Assembly (NCBI RefSeq): GCF_030144855.1
Contig: NC_082731.1
Location: forward strand, 29,388,001 to 29,452,000
DNA length: 64,000 nt
Direction of reading: 5' to 3'
DNA from: Hypanus sabinus
Taxonomy: Eukaryota
Both the position numbers and the translations under genes were made by a program. The stretch's first letter is position 1. Every line of letters begins with the position of its first letter. Under the pieces are notes generated by a model. The model saw nothing but the letters and a program-made list of their open reading frames with translations, did no database searches and was not told the DNA's origin. Below are positions 1 through 12,455 of the stretch, piece by piece.

Positions 1-145
1 GGAGTAAAGGGAATTTCAGAGGCATTGAGAGGAGATGGCCAAAATTGATTGGAAGGGGATACTAGCAGGGATGATGGCAGAGAAGCAATGGCTGGAGATT
101 CTGGGAGAAAATTGGAATGCACAAAATAGATGCATCCTAAAGAAG

Positions 146-305
146 AAATGGCCAGGCCAGATGATGCCAGGCAGTATCTATGGAAAAGAGTAAACAAAAG
201 ATGTTTCGGGCCAAGTCCCTTCATCAGCCTGAAACATGGACTGTTGACTCTTTTACACAGATGCTGCCAGGCCTGCTAAGCTCAACCAGCATTTTGTGGT
301 GTTGC
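146..305. repeat. Penelope-like/SINE-derived imperfect palindromic repeat
   Basis: Arm ccaggcagtatctatggaaaagagtaaacaaaagatgtttcggg faces its imperfect reverse complement cctgaaacatggactgttgactcttttacacagatgctgccagg, ending in ccagcattttgtggtgttg. It sits between CR1 fragments. Confidence 0.5.
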
Positions 306-880
306 CTTAGAACCCATGGTACTACAGGAAAGATACTGGGGTGGTTAGAACCCTGGCTGATTGTCAAGAGGCACAGATTAGGAATAAAGGGAGCCTTTTC
401 TGGTTAGCTGCCGGTAACCGGTGACTACATGTGACCGCATCTTTTCATATAAAATATCAATAATTTGGATAATGGAATTGATGGCTTTTATGGCAGGGTT
501 GCAAATGATACAAAGATAGGTGGAAGGGCAGGCAGAGTTGAGGAAGCTTCTTATGGTGGATGAGTCTACGACCAGAGAGCACAGCATCAAAATTGAGGGG
601 CCTTTTTTAGAAAGGAGATCAGGACAAACTTTTATCAGCAGAGAGTCATGAACCTGTGGAATTCACTGTCACATGCGGCTGTGGAGGCCAATTCTTTAGG
701 TATATTCAAGGCAGAGGTTGATAGATTCTTGATTAGTCAGGGCATGAAGGTGGACAGGGAGAAGGCAGGAGATTGGGGTTGAGAGGGAAAATGGATCAGC
801 CATGATGAAATGGTGAAGCAGACTTGATGGGCCAAAATGGCCTAGCTCCACTGCTATAACTTATGGTCTTAATGGAGAAG
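306..880 (+). mobile_element. Decayed CR1 LINE fragments (RT pieces and 3' end)
   Basis: Codes WLEPWLIVKRHRLGIKGAFSG-type CR1 RT segments and carries the CR1 3' UTR pattern (gatcagccatgatgaaatgg...cttatggtctt). Confidence 0.75.
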
Positions 881-1077
881 TTCTGAGGGTTAAGAGCTAC
901 TTCAAAAATCCTTGGGTTGATTAGGATTAGTCAGCAAGGCTCTGTGTGTGGGAGATTATGTCTCATGAATTTCCTCCATTTCATCCCTGCACCATCTTCC
1001 ATAAGACCATAAGGTTTCTCTCTTTCTGTTCCCATCTGTTCATTCCTCATCTATTATGGCAAAGTAATTTAGTGAGA

Positions 1078-4000
1078 ATGGCTCCAGCTGCAGTGTTTTG
1101 CTCTCTGTGTGGGTTGTGGGAAGTTTGGGAGACTCCTGTCTCTCAGGTGAACACATCTGTACCAGATGCACTGAGTTGCAGCAACTGAGAGAATGTATTA
1201 AGGAACTGAAGCCGCGACTCGATGAGCTTTGACTCATTCGGGAGACTGAGGAGGTGATAGACAGGAGCTACAGGGAGGTAGTTACCCCAAGGCTGCAGGA
1301 GAGAGGTAGCTGGGTGACTGTCAGGAAAAGGAGGGCAAATGCACAACCAGTGCAGAGAACACCTGTGGCTGTTCCACTCAATAATTTCAGTATTTAACTT
1401 TAGATACAATGGAGAGGAATTGACCTACTGGGAGGATCCAGAATGACTGGGTCTCTGGCACTTAGTCTGATGATGTGGGTCAGAAGAGGAGAGAGGTTAA
1501 GAGTAATACAGTGATGATAGGAGATTCCTTTGTCAGAAGAACAGGGACGAGGTTCTGTGGGCTTGATAGAGACACACAGATGGTATGTTTCATCTCAGCT
1601 GCCAGGAACAGCTGCCGTTCACATTGTCTTTCTTACAAGACACTCCAAACTACACCAGTTTCCAAGAGTACGGATATCTGGCACGGCTAGATTTAAACAG
1701 AGAGAGGAGAAATGGGCTAAAAATTCTATATCTGAATGCATGAAGTGTCAGAAATAAAGCAGATGAGCTTGAAGCTCAGGTGCGAATGGGTAACTATGAT
1801 GTTGTTGGGATAACGGAGACATAGCTGCAGGGAGATCAGACCTGGGAAATGAATGTACAAGGGTATACGTGCTATTGTTGGGACAGAAATATGGGCAGAG
1901 GGGGTGCGGTGGCCCTGTTGGTGAGGAATGAGATTCAGTCCTTTGCAAGGGGGGACATAGGATCAGGAGAAGTAGAGTCTGTATGGATAGAACTGAGGAA
2001 CAGTAAGGACGAAAAGACCCTAATGGGTGCTGTCTACAGGCCACCAAACAGTAGCATGGATATTGGGTGCAAGTTGAATAGGGAGTTAACATTGCATGTG
2101 GCAAAGGTAATGTCGCAGTAGTTATGGAGGATTTCAACATGCAGGTGAATTGGGAGAATCAGGTTGGTGCTGAAGCACAGGATAGGGAGTTTGTAGAGTG
2201 CCTACAGGATGCATTCTTGGAACAGCTTGTCTGGGAGCTGACCAAGGACAAGGCTATTCTGGATTTAGTCTGGTGTAGTGAACAGGATTTGATAAGTGAT
2301 CTTGAAATAAAGGAGCCATTAGGAGGTAGTGACCATAATATGATAAGTTTTTATCTGCAATTTGAGAAGGATAAGGGCAGATCGGAGCTGTCAGTGTTGC
2401 AGTTGAACAGGGGAGACTATGGAGCCATGACGGAGGAGCTGGCCAAAGTTAACTGGATGGATATCCTAGCAGAAAAGACAGTGGAACAGCAATGGCAGAT
2501 ATTCTTGGGAATAATGCACAAGTTGCAAAATCAGTACATCCCCCAGAGAAGGAAGGATTCAAAGGGGGGAAAGGGGCCACAGTGGTTGACAAAGGAAGTC
2601 AGAGATTGCATAGCATTAAAAAAAAGGAAGTATGACAGAGCTAAGGTGAGTGGGAGGACAGATGATTGGGAAATTTTTAAGGAACAACAGAACTTAACTA
2701 AAAAGGCAATACAGGGAGAAAAAATGAGGTACGAATGCAAGCTAGCCAGGAATATAAAGGAATATAAGTACTTTAGATCTGTCTTCACTAGGGAAGACAC
2801 AAGCAATCTCCCAGATGTATGGATGGGCCAAGGACATAGAGTAACAGAGGAAGTGAAACAGATTGACATTAGTAAGGAAACAGTGATGAATAAACTGATG
2901 GGTCTGAAGGCTGACAAATCCCTAGGTCCAGATGGTCTGCATCCTAGGATACTAAAGGAAGTGGCTCTGGAAATTGTGGATGCATTGGTAATCATTTTCC
3001 AATGTTCCTTAGATTCAGGATCAGTTCCTGAGGATTGGAGAATGGCTAATGTTATCCCACTTTTTAAGAAAGGAGGGAGGGAGAACTATCATCCTGTCAG
3101 CCTAACATCAGTAGTGGGGAAGATGCTAGAGTCCATTATTAAAGATGAAATAGTGGCATTTCTAGATAGCAGTGATAGGATTGGGCCGAGCCAGCATGAA
3201 TTTACCAAGGGCAAATCATGCTTGACTAATCTATTGGAGTTTTTCGAGGATGTAACCAGGAAGTTAGACAAGGGAGATCCAGTGGATGTAGTGTACCTCG
3301 ATTTTCAGAAGGCATTTGATAAGGTCCCACATAGGAGATTGGTGGGTAAAATCAGAGCTCATGGCATTGGGGGGAAGATATTGACATGGGTAGAAAACTG
3401 GTTGGCAGATAGAAAGCAAAGGGTAATGGTGAATGGGTGTTTCTCGGAATGGCAGGTGGTGACTAGTGGGGTGCCACAGGGCTCGGTATTGGGACCACAG
3501 CTGTTTAGGATTTACATAAATGATTTAGATGAAGGCATTGATAATAACATCAGCAGGTTTGCTGATGATACTAAGCTGGGTGGCAGTGTGACATGTGATG
3601 AGGATGTTAGGAGAATTCAGGGTGACTTGGATAGGCTGAGTGAGTGGGCAGATACTTGGCAGATGACGTTTAATGTGAATAAGTGTGAGGTTATCCACTT
3701 TGGGAGTAAGAACAGGAAGGCAGATTATTATCTGAATGGTGTAGAGTTAGGTAAGGGAGAAATACAAAGCGACCGAGGAGTACTTGTTCATCAGTCACTG
3801 AAGGTGAATGAGCAAGTGCAGCAGGCAGTGAAGAAGGATAATGGAATGTTGGCCTTTAGTCCAAAGGGAATTGAGTACAAGAGCAAGGATATTCTTTTGC
3901 ATTTGTACAGGGCCCTGGTGAGACCACACCTGGAGTATTGTGTACAGTTTTGGTCTCCAGGGTTAAGGACATCCTGGCTGTAGAGGAAGTGCAGCGTAGA

Positions 4001-4473
4001 TTCACGAGGTTAATTCCTGGGATGTCTGGACTGTCTTATGCAGAGGTTGGAGAGACTGGGCTTGTATATGCTGGAATTAAGGAGATTGAGAGGGGATCTG
4101 ATTACAACATATAAGATTATTAAGGGATTGGACAAGATAGTGGCAGGGAATATGTTCCATATGCTGGGAGAGTCCAGTACCAGAGGGCATGGTTTGAGAA
4201 TAAGGGGTAGGTCATTTAGGGCAGAGTTAAGGAAAAACTTCTTCTCCCAGAGAGTTGTGGGGGTGTGGAATGCACTGACTCGGAAGGCAGTGGAGGCCAG
4301 TTCACTGGATGCTTTCAAGAAGGAGCTAGGTAGCTATCTTATGGATAGGGGAATCAAGGGATATGGGGACAAGGCAGGAACTGGGTGTTGATAGTAGATG
4401 ATCAGCCATGATCTCAGAATGGCGGTGCAGGCTCGAAGGGCCGAATGGTCTACTTCTGCACCTATTGTCTATT
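1078..4473 (+). mobile_element. CR1 LINE, near full length, internally deleted and with stops
   Basis: ORF1 start MAPAAVFCSLC and GDSL-esterase motif VMIGDSFVR. ORF2 has the endonuclease (GGAVALLV, YRPP, GGSDHN) and RT (PQGSVLGP, FADDTK) in ORFs 1849-2121, 2124-3983 and 4038-4391. Tail ctattgtctattg. Confidence 0.92.
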
Positions 4474-5990
4474 GGCCCCTTTAAGGGTTCATGATGGTCC
4501 TGCTAATTGATAATCGTGTATGAGCACCACGAATTGAGTACTTAAGGAACAGTTGAACAGAGGTTTGGTGCTCAATCGTAACCCAACTGGTGATATCATC
4601 CAGTATTTGTTTTGTGTTCAGATCTAGTTTGATACCACATTTAGAACCTTGCTTCATTTACCCCGGCAACTGGGTCCAAATCATCCTCATCAAGGACTCT
4701 TGTAACATTACAATTGAGCCAACATGGACCCAGTGGGATATCAAAATCTTTTGTCTTCTGTGGTGACGAGGATTACCAGACAAGGCCCAGAGATTCACGA
4801 ACTCCAGGTAGCCATTCAACAACTTTCACAAGGAGGAAGCCAAGGTCGCTCGGGAGAGCCAGCACATCATTCAACCCCAGAGAGATTTGACAGTGACTTG
4901 GGTTCTTGCTGTGGCCCTTCACCCGATGCTCATTCATGTTTGAACAACAGCTGTTCCCAGTTCCCTTCAGATCAAGGAAAGGTGGCCTTCATTATCTCCC
5001 TCCGGACCGGAAGAGCTCTACCTTGGGCCACAGTGCACTGGGAACATCGGTCACAGATCTGCTGGGATTTTGAGGAATTCATGGCCGCTAGGAGGAAGAT
5101 GTTTGATCACCTCACCAGAGCCAGCGAGCCTCAGATCAGTTGATGAAGATTCAACACGGGCTACGGTCCACGGCCAACAACGCAGTTGAATTTTGGATCT
5201 TAGCCCAGGAGAGTGGTTGGAATAGGGAGGCTGTGGCCATGTTCTACTGCCACAAATGAACTGAAGGACACCTCACCTTGGGAGAGCCAGCTGAGATCTT
5301 AGAAGCTTTCAGTGATCAGTGCATCCATCTCAATAATCGTGTGGCAGAGTGAAAGTGGGACCACTTCAGGAAATCAAAGTGAGTCGGTGCAATTCTAGTC
5401 TCTACGCACCAGTTTCACCCCCCCCCCCCCCCACCAACCTTGGACCATAAGCAGCCCAACACCACTCAAGATCCAGTCGAACTCATTCAGGTCGGTTGTA
5501 CAGGACTCTCTGCTGATGATAGGTCCCGGTGTCAGAGTCAAGATCGCTGCTTTTACTGTGGGGAAGCATGTCACTGGTGGGCCGATTGTCCCAGGCTGTG
5601 GACTGGAGGGACGGGAGAATCATTCCTTGCTCCAGTCATCATTACAGGGTTTGTTTGTGCCATGGTGTTCAGAGACTCAGACTCTCCCGTGACCAACCAC
5701 CAATAAGAGGGCAGCCTTCAGTGTGAGGTAACCTGAGACCTTCTAAAGACTGTCCTAAAGGATGAACAAGCCATCTTCAGTCAACGCTCTGCAAGTCCCA
5801 ACACTATCTAGTCAAGACCCTTAGTTCAGCAGAGGACCAAGGAAATATCTGAACGGTCTGGGGAACTTGCAGCCAAGCTTATGAAATCCAGCCACCAGGT
5901 CTAAAGGAAGGAAAAAGACTCCTTTACGCTGAACCTGAAAGTCTATTTCCAAGAGGGAAATAACCCTCCGTAAAGCCTCGCTGAGGATTC
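4474..5990 (+). mobile_element. Sushi-like (PEG10/RTL1-type gag) Ty3/Gypsy fragment: partial 5' LTR, gag, zinc knuckle, protease deleted
   Basis: LTR ends TGTAACA at 4701-4707 and gag ATG follows at 4724 (KVAFIISLRTGRALPWAT). Zinc knuckle CFYCGEACHWWADC is joined directly to the post-protease motif DWRDGRII. Confidence 0.82.
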
Positions 5991-6850
5991 AGACAGGAAT
6001 TTGAGGAGGAAGAAATTTTCAAAAGGCAAGATGATGCAACCATGGTGAACAAGGGAAGTCAAAAGCAACATAACAGCCAGAGAGAGGGCATATAATTGAG
6101 CTCGCATTGGTGGGAAGTTAGAGGATTGAGAAGCATTTAAAACCAACAGAAGGCAACTAAAAAAGTCAGTAAGAGGAATAAGATGGAATACTAAAGAGGC
6201 TACTCAACAATATTAAAGAGAACACCAAATGTTGCTTCAGATACATAAAGTGTAAAAGAGAGGCAAGAGTGGGTATAGGACAACTGGAAAACAATGCTGG
6301 AGAGGTAATAATTGGGGACAAGAAAATGGTGGGCACACTAAATAAGTATCTTGCATCAGTGAGGAAGACACTAGCAGTCTGGTAGAAGTTCCAGGTGTTG
6401 GGGTCATGAAGTGTGTGAAGCTATCATTACTACAGAGAAGATTCTTGAGAAATTGAAAGGTCTGAAGGTAGATAAGTCACGTGGACTAGATGGTGCACAC
6501 CACCACATTCAGAAAGATTATATCTTTTTATATTATGTCAGTGATTTGGATTTTGGACTTTATGGCTCTGTTGGAAAGTTTGCAGACGATATGAAGGTAG
6601 GTCGAGGGGCAGGTAGTTTTGAGGAAGTAGAGACGATACAGAAACAGTTAAATAGATTAGGAGAATGGGCAAAGATGAGGCAGATGGAATACAATGTTGG
6701 GAAGTGTATGGTTATACTCTTTGGTAAAAGAAATGAGACGGTTGACTTTTTTCTAAATGGACAAAAAATACAAAACTCTAAGGGGCAAAGGGATTTGCGA
6801 ATCCTTATGCAGGATTCCCTCATGGTTAATTTGCAGGATGACTCTGTGCT
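5991..6850 (+). mobile_element. CR1 ORF2 fragments
   Basis: KLKGLKVDKS, FADDMK and MEYNVGKC segments with internal deletions; same family and order as 33700-34505. Confidence 0.8.
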
Positions 6851-6859
6851 GAGGAACTG

Positions 6860-7205
6860 AACCTTTCAGAAAAATTTTCATGTGATTCAACCCCCAACTT
6901 TTAAAAAACATGAACACTGGTAAGGCAAGCCATATGTTGGATCTGCGTGCAAACCAATGGAGTTAAAAAGGGAGAGTGGGAACCTGCAGACCTTCAACCA
7001 ATAGAGGTAGACGGTCTGCATTTCTCTAGCCAGATGTGAGACGGGCCTTTTAACCGATGGAAGCAAGGATAGAAACAGGTAGGTGGGAGGTCTGGTTTAC
7101 TGTGTCTGCCTGACTTTTACTCTGGTGTTTCCTTTCTCTGTCTTCCCTCGGCAAACCGCCGATAGCAGGAATGGCCTGTGTATACTTACATCCCGACGCT
7201 CTCGC
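6860..7205 (+). promoter_or_regulatory. Putative CCAAT-box promoter, first intron and start of a coding exon (copy A)
   Basis: CCAAT at 6954 and 6998, GTAGGT donor at 7079, CTGAC branch point plus pyrimidine tract, ATG at 7171. Alignable to 61338-61706. Confidence 0.4.
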
Positions 7206-7439
7206 AAACATCCTCTCCACATCAACCCCATCTGGGCTTTTCTCTAGTTGATAATGTTCTGAGGTTTTTAAGGCAGTTGGCAAAAAACTTTAAGGTGCAT
7301 TATCGGTACTACAGAACCAAAGTGTGGGTCAACATCTCATGACACACATTTTTAAATTTGACCCCATATTTATATTTGTATCAAATTTATAAAAAGGCCT
7401 GTGTTTGTAAGGAACTGCACTATTTATTTAAAGCAATAA

Positions 7440-8925
7440 TCCTGCAGTCCTTTCTGCAAAATGCTGTTAATTTTAAATTTTATTTTATTCTGTGATAACT
7501 CTAAAATCAACCAACTCCTCTCTTGATTATGTCTTGTTGATTACAATATTCACAACTCCCTGTATTGTGTTTCTTCATGAAAAACAATGTACTTTAACTC
7601 TGTGCCCAAAACTCAATCTTGATGTTATCACCTCCTGCTCTTTCCTGCATTCCTCAACTATCCCATTTCTTTCTGGACATTATTATGTGGTCGAAATAAG
7701 GGTTGCATTACCTTACTTACAATGTCTCATCTTGCCTCAAAACGTAAATCTTTTTGAGTCCTGATTGTTGTCCTTGAATCAGACAATATTACAACACTCA
7801 TCGGTCTTACCTCCTCCACCTACTGCAAAGTGAATAGTCCAGCTGTCATTTCCCCTGTATGCACTGAGAAATCATCATTTTTCTTCACCTGTTTTTTCAC
7901 GTTCAAATCAGGCACTACCAATCCTACCCCTAATCTACCATTGCCATTTTTGAAGCATTTGTTTGCATTTGTAAATATACAGTACATAATGATCATTATT
8001 TACATGGACTTCAACTATAACTTGATTTAAAATCACTTTTCTATTTTTCTATCTCTTTCTGAATAATTTAGGATCCACCTCTGGTGCTTCACACAGTCAT
8101 GGAGGCAGCCCAGTAAAAGACACTGTATCACTCACTGACTTAGTACTAATTCTTGGTCCTTCCTGCTTTTCCTTCAATGGTCCATGCAAAACTTCTGAAT
8201 TTCCTTCTTTCCTTTTCCCAGCATGGATCTAAAAGCTGTTTAGTTGGATGATTTTCTCCAGGCCCTTGTAGGTTTACCCAATATGTTAACACAAGCTGTG
8301 TTCTTCTCAGTTCCAGAGGTGTCTCTCCCAACTTCACCTGCATTGCCTCCACTGGTGTTGTCCTTATTGCCCCACAGATTAACCTTAATGCTTGACTTTG
8401 AATTATATCCAGTTTATTGAGCACACAGTGTGATGCTGATCCATATACCATGCTTCCATAGTCCAGTTTTGATCTTATTAATCCTGTGTATATTGCTTTC
8501 AAGGGATTCCTATCAGCTCCCCATTCCTTTCCTGTTAAACACCTCATAACATTTAGCACTTCCTTACTTTTGGTTATTATTTCTTTAATATGTGTTGACC
8601 ATGTAAGTCTTTTATCAAACCAAATTCTTAAAAATTGAAATGTATCCACACTTTCTAATTCCATACCATAAAGCTTTAGTTTCAAGTGTTGTTCTGTCCT
8701 CTTCCTAGAGAAAAACATTATTTTGGATTTCTCTGCTGAAAATCTGAATTCTCATTTTCATGCCCAATCTTCCACCTTAACTTTTGCTTCTTGAAGTTTC
8801 CATGTTATAAATTGCACATTCCCACCCCTTTTCCACATTGCTCCATCATCCACAAATAAAGATATTCCAATACTAATATTTCTATTGGAAAATATATCAT
8901 TTATCATGATAGTAATAATATTCTG
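7440..8925 (-). mobile_element. Nimb/I-clade LINE fragment (RT thumb to RNase H region)
   Basis: ORF 8146-8718 has FDKRLTW, IRSKLDYGS and LRLICGAIRTTP; degenerate RNase H segments lie downstream. Confidence 0.8.
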
Positions 8926-10640
8926 TCATTGGTTTACAAACAGAGGCAGTGTGCAGTGAGACTGCTCTCCACGGTGACACACCAAATCTCCTCAAGCTCC
9001 TAAAGAAATGTAGCAGCTGTTGTGCCTTCTCTGAAGCTGCATCAATATGTTGGGTCATCTGGGTCTTGATAAGGAAAAGGTGGAAGAATATTCACAGGTT
9101 GCACGTGAATCCAAGGAAGATAAATATCTTTGTGGGCAGCTTTGCTGGAGCTGTTCAGAAGGGTTTGAACTAATTTGACAGGGGATGGGAAATGGAGTGA
9201 TAGGTCTGAGTTGGTTTAACAACAGAGGCAGTGTGTAGTGAGTCTGCTAGCAAGCAAAGGCTGATGATAGGGCAAAATTGCAGTCAATGGGATAAGTTGA
9301 AATGTAAAAGAGGGACAAAATCGAGAAGGGTGATGATCATTGGGGTGATGCCCAAGGATACACATTGTATTGAAAGGACAGGGAGGTAGGCGGGGGGTGT
9401 GGTGTAGCTGTGTTGGGAAAAAATTAAACCAAATCATTAGAAAGAAGTGACAAAGGATTGGAAAGTGTAGAATTGTTGTGGGTAGAGCTAAGAAACAGTA
9501 AGGGTAAAGTCCTTGATGGGAGCTACATACAGACCTCCGAACAGTAGCAAAGATGTGGTCTACAAGTTACAATGAGAGATAGAAAATGCATGTCAACAGT
9601 GCAGTGTTAAAAGAGTCATCGGGAATTTCAATATGTAGATAGATTGGGCTGGTTTGTACTTGAACTGGAGAGGAGCCAGTATCCTGGCTGTGAGGTTTAC
9701 TGATGCTGCCTGGGAGAGTTTAAACTAGTTTTGTAGGGGGCTGAGAACCAGAGTCCCAGGTCAGTAGGGAATGGATCTGACCAGAAGTTAGATGACAGAG
9801 AAGGTATTGAAAGGCAAAATTGAAATGACAGGTAGGATGGGTTGGATAGTTTGAGGTGTGTATATTTTAAAGCTGGGAGTATTATGGGTAAGGGTGATGG
9901 ATCAGTACATGAAACTACGGTGTTGTAGCCATTAGTGAAACTTAGTTGACAGAGCGGCAGGCAGGAATGGGTGATTAATGTGCCAGGTTTTTGGAGTTCT
10001 GGAAAAGATAGAGGAGTAGGTAAGGGTTGTGTGGGGGGCGGGGGGGGGGGGTGGTTGCACTCCTGATCAGGGACAATATCACAGCTGCACTCAGAGGAGA
10101 CATAATGGAGGAGTCAGAAACTGAGTCCATTTGGGTGAAACTCAGGAATAGACAGGGTGCAATCCCACTGATGGGATTGTACTACGGACCCCCTGATAGC
10201 CACTGGGACATTGAGGAGCAGATATGTAATCAGATGAAGGAGAAGTGTAATAATAATAGGGTTGGTGTCACGGGGGATTTCAGCTTCCCTAATATAAACT
10301 GGGAGCTTCTGAGTGTAAGGGGTCAGATGGGTTTGAATCTGTTAAGTAGGTTTCTTAAATAAATGTGTCACAGTCCAGTGAAAGGAGGGACCATATTGTA
10401 CCTGGTTTTGGGGAATGAGCCTGGCCAGGTGACTGACCTTTCAATGGGTGAACAGTTCGGGAATCGTGACCACAACTGGTTAACTTTCAGGGTCGCTATC
10501 AACAAGGATAGGTACGGTCCTTGTGGAAGAGATTTAAATTGACACAGGGCAATGTACAACGGCATTAGACAGGAACAAAGAACTATTAATTTGGGAACAC
10601 TTGTTCTCTGGCAAGTCCACATCAGATGGAAGACCATGAA
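8926..10640 (+). mobile_element. Mosaic of CR1 ORF1-end and endonuclease fragments
   Basis: GGGVVALLIRDNITA, YYGPP and GDFSFPNINW motifs. Internal junctions are shared with 48200-49860 and 52020. Confidence 0.75.
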
Positions 10641-10659
10641 ACAGGAGCAGTATTTGGCC

Positions 10660-11545
10660 ATTCCACCCATCAATGCTGTCCTACCATTCCATCAATGCTG
10701 ATCCCGGACTCCAGTCAACCCCATACACCTGCCTTCTCACCATATTTTTTGATGCCCTGACCAATTAGGAAACTATTAACTTCCACCTTAAATATATCCA
10801 CGATTTAGCCTCCACTGCAGTTTGTGGCAGAGCATTCCAATGATTCAGCATTCTCAGGCTTAAAAAAAATATTCCTTATCTTTGTTCTGAAAGATTGCCC
10901 CTCTATTTTGAGGCTGTGCTCTCTTGTTCCAGATACCCCCACCAGAGGAAACATCGACTCCACATCCATCCTATCTATTCTTTTCAACATTCGGTAGGTT
11001 TCAATAAGATTGCCCCACATTATTCTAAACTCCAGTGAGCCCAGGCCCAAAGCTGCCATATGCTTCTCAAACGTTAACCCCTTCATTCCTCATCCCCTTC
11101 ATGAGTCATCCTCATGAACCTCCTCTGGACTCTCTCCAATGAAAATACATCCTTTCTGAGATATTGGGCTCAAAACTGATGACAGTACCCTACGTGTGGC
11201 CTGATTAGTGTCTTATGAAGCCTCAACATTATCTCCTTGCTTTTATACTCTATTCCCCTTGAAATAAATGCCAACATTCCATTTGCTTTCTTCACCACAG
11301 ACTCGACCTGTAAATTAACCTTCTGTGAGTCTCACACAAGGACTCCTAAGTCACTTTGCATCTCTGATGTTTGAACCTTCTTCTCATTTCGATAAAAGTC
11401 TGCACTGTTGCTCCTTTTGCTAAAATGAATTATCATACATTTCCCAAGATTGTAATTCATCTGGCACTTTTTGCCCATTCTTCCAATTTTTCTAAGTGGT
11501 ACAGCAATTGCATTGCCCAAATAGCATAATTCTGCTCCTATACCT
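10660..11545 (-). mobile_element. CR1 3' fragments
   Basis: ORF 10805-11086 (LIETYRMLKRIDRMDVESMFP) and ORF 11332-11520. Confidence 0.75.
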
Positions 11546-11560
11546 TATATTATGGTTTTA

Positions 11561-12328
11561 CTCAGGAACTGAAACATTAGCCCAACGGTGGATCACCCTA
11601 AAGGTCTGAACTGGTATTCATATTTTTGTTTTGGAGTGACCTCGGAGAATAATGACAGACATCTCTTCATGGGATTCCATCTCGTGCAATGAGGACAGAC
11701 TGTCTGTTATTTCGTTCACCTGCCGACACAGGTTAAGGTCTGTACTGCACCTTGTCACACACAATATCATACTCTCCTGTCTATATTTCAGGTTCAGCAG
11801 TGACCAGCAGATACACGCCCCACATTCAGACAAGAGATCCCCGTGTGGCTGCGATGTTTGGAAATGGAGTCTCCATCTCACTCACTTGGCAATCCGAGGC
11901 TACTGCACTGCAACTGCTCATTTCAGAAAATAAACCTCTAGATGCGCCGGGGATGCCAGATGGGAAATGGGGGCACAGAGCTGGTTAGGTGGGCGGAGGG
12001 ACAGCAGTGGATGACTCATTGGGAAAATGGCAGGATATGTGACACTGGAGGTGGTATACAAGAGAGGAGAGGAAGGCAGCATTAAGCCTTGGGAATGGGA
12101 AACAGGGGTTGGGAGTTTTGTTAGTGAAGGAGAAGAGGGAGGTGAGGAAATGGATTTTATTGTTAAGGAGCAAGAATTTGATGTGGGGGGTGATTGTGGT
12201 GGAGGGTGGGCTCAGTGTCTTCTTCTGTTATATTTTGTAAATCAGACGTTACGGAAATCATTGCCTGTAGCATTTCTTTCATTATTCTGCTGGAGTTTAT
12301 TTCATGATTTGAAATTGTATTAATTAAA
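11561..12328 (+). pseudogene. Three-exon remnant of a tentative DOMON-like protein with hydrophobic C-terminal tail
   Basis: Exon ~11566-11731 reads VDHPKGLNWYSYFCFGVTSENNDRHLFMGFH, then a frameshift, then RAMRTDCLLFRSPADT. A GT-AG intron occupies 11732-11791. Exon 11792-11983 is phase 1-1 (GSAVTSRYTP...DGKWGHRA). Terminal exon 12246-12307 reads DVTEIIACSISFIILLEFIS-stop, with ATTAAA at 12323-12328. The DOMON assignment is by visual motif spacing only. Confidence 0.45.
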
Positions 12329-12455
12329 AACAATGACAATGAGACAATGAAGTGTCTGGAGTTGATAAAACTGAGGGAAGCCATTCATCCATCTTAGTTC
12401 CCTCATCACTGCAGTGACTTCACCTGCCTACAAGTACAACAAGTGGGTATTGCAT

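Noticed and set aside
10030-10052. G-run as a functional G-quadruplex (also the C-run at 5418-5432)
   Set aside because: Simple homopolymer expansions inside dead TE coding sequence.
11792-11983. Vanin (LLSENQLAPG) or ecto-ART (FGN) similarity for the middle exon
   Set aside because: Only a few residues match, and the upstream exon and motif spacing fit these families worse than DOMON.
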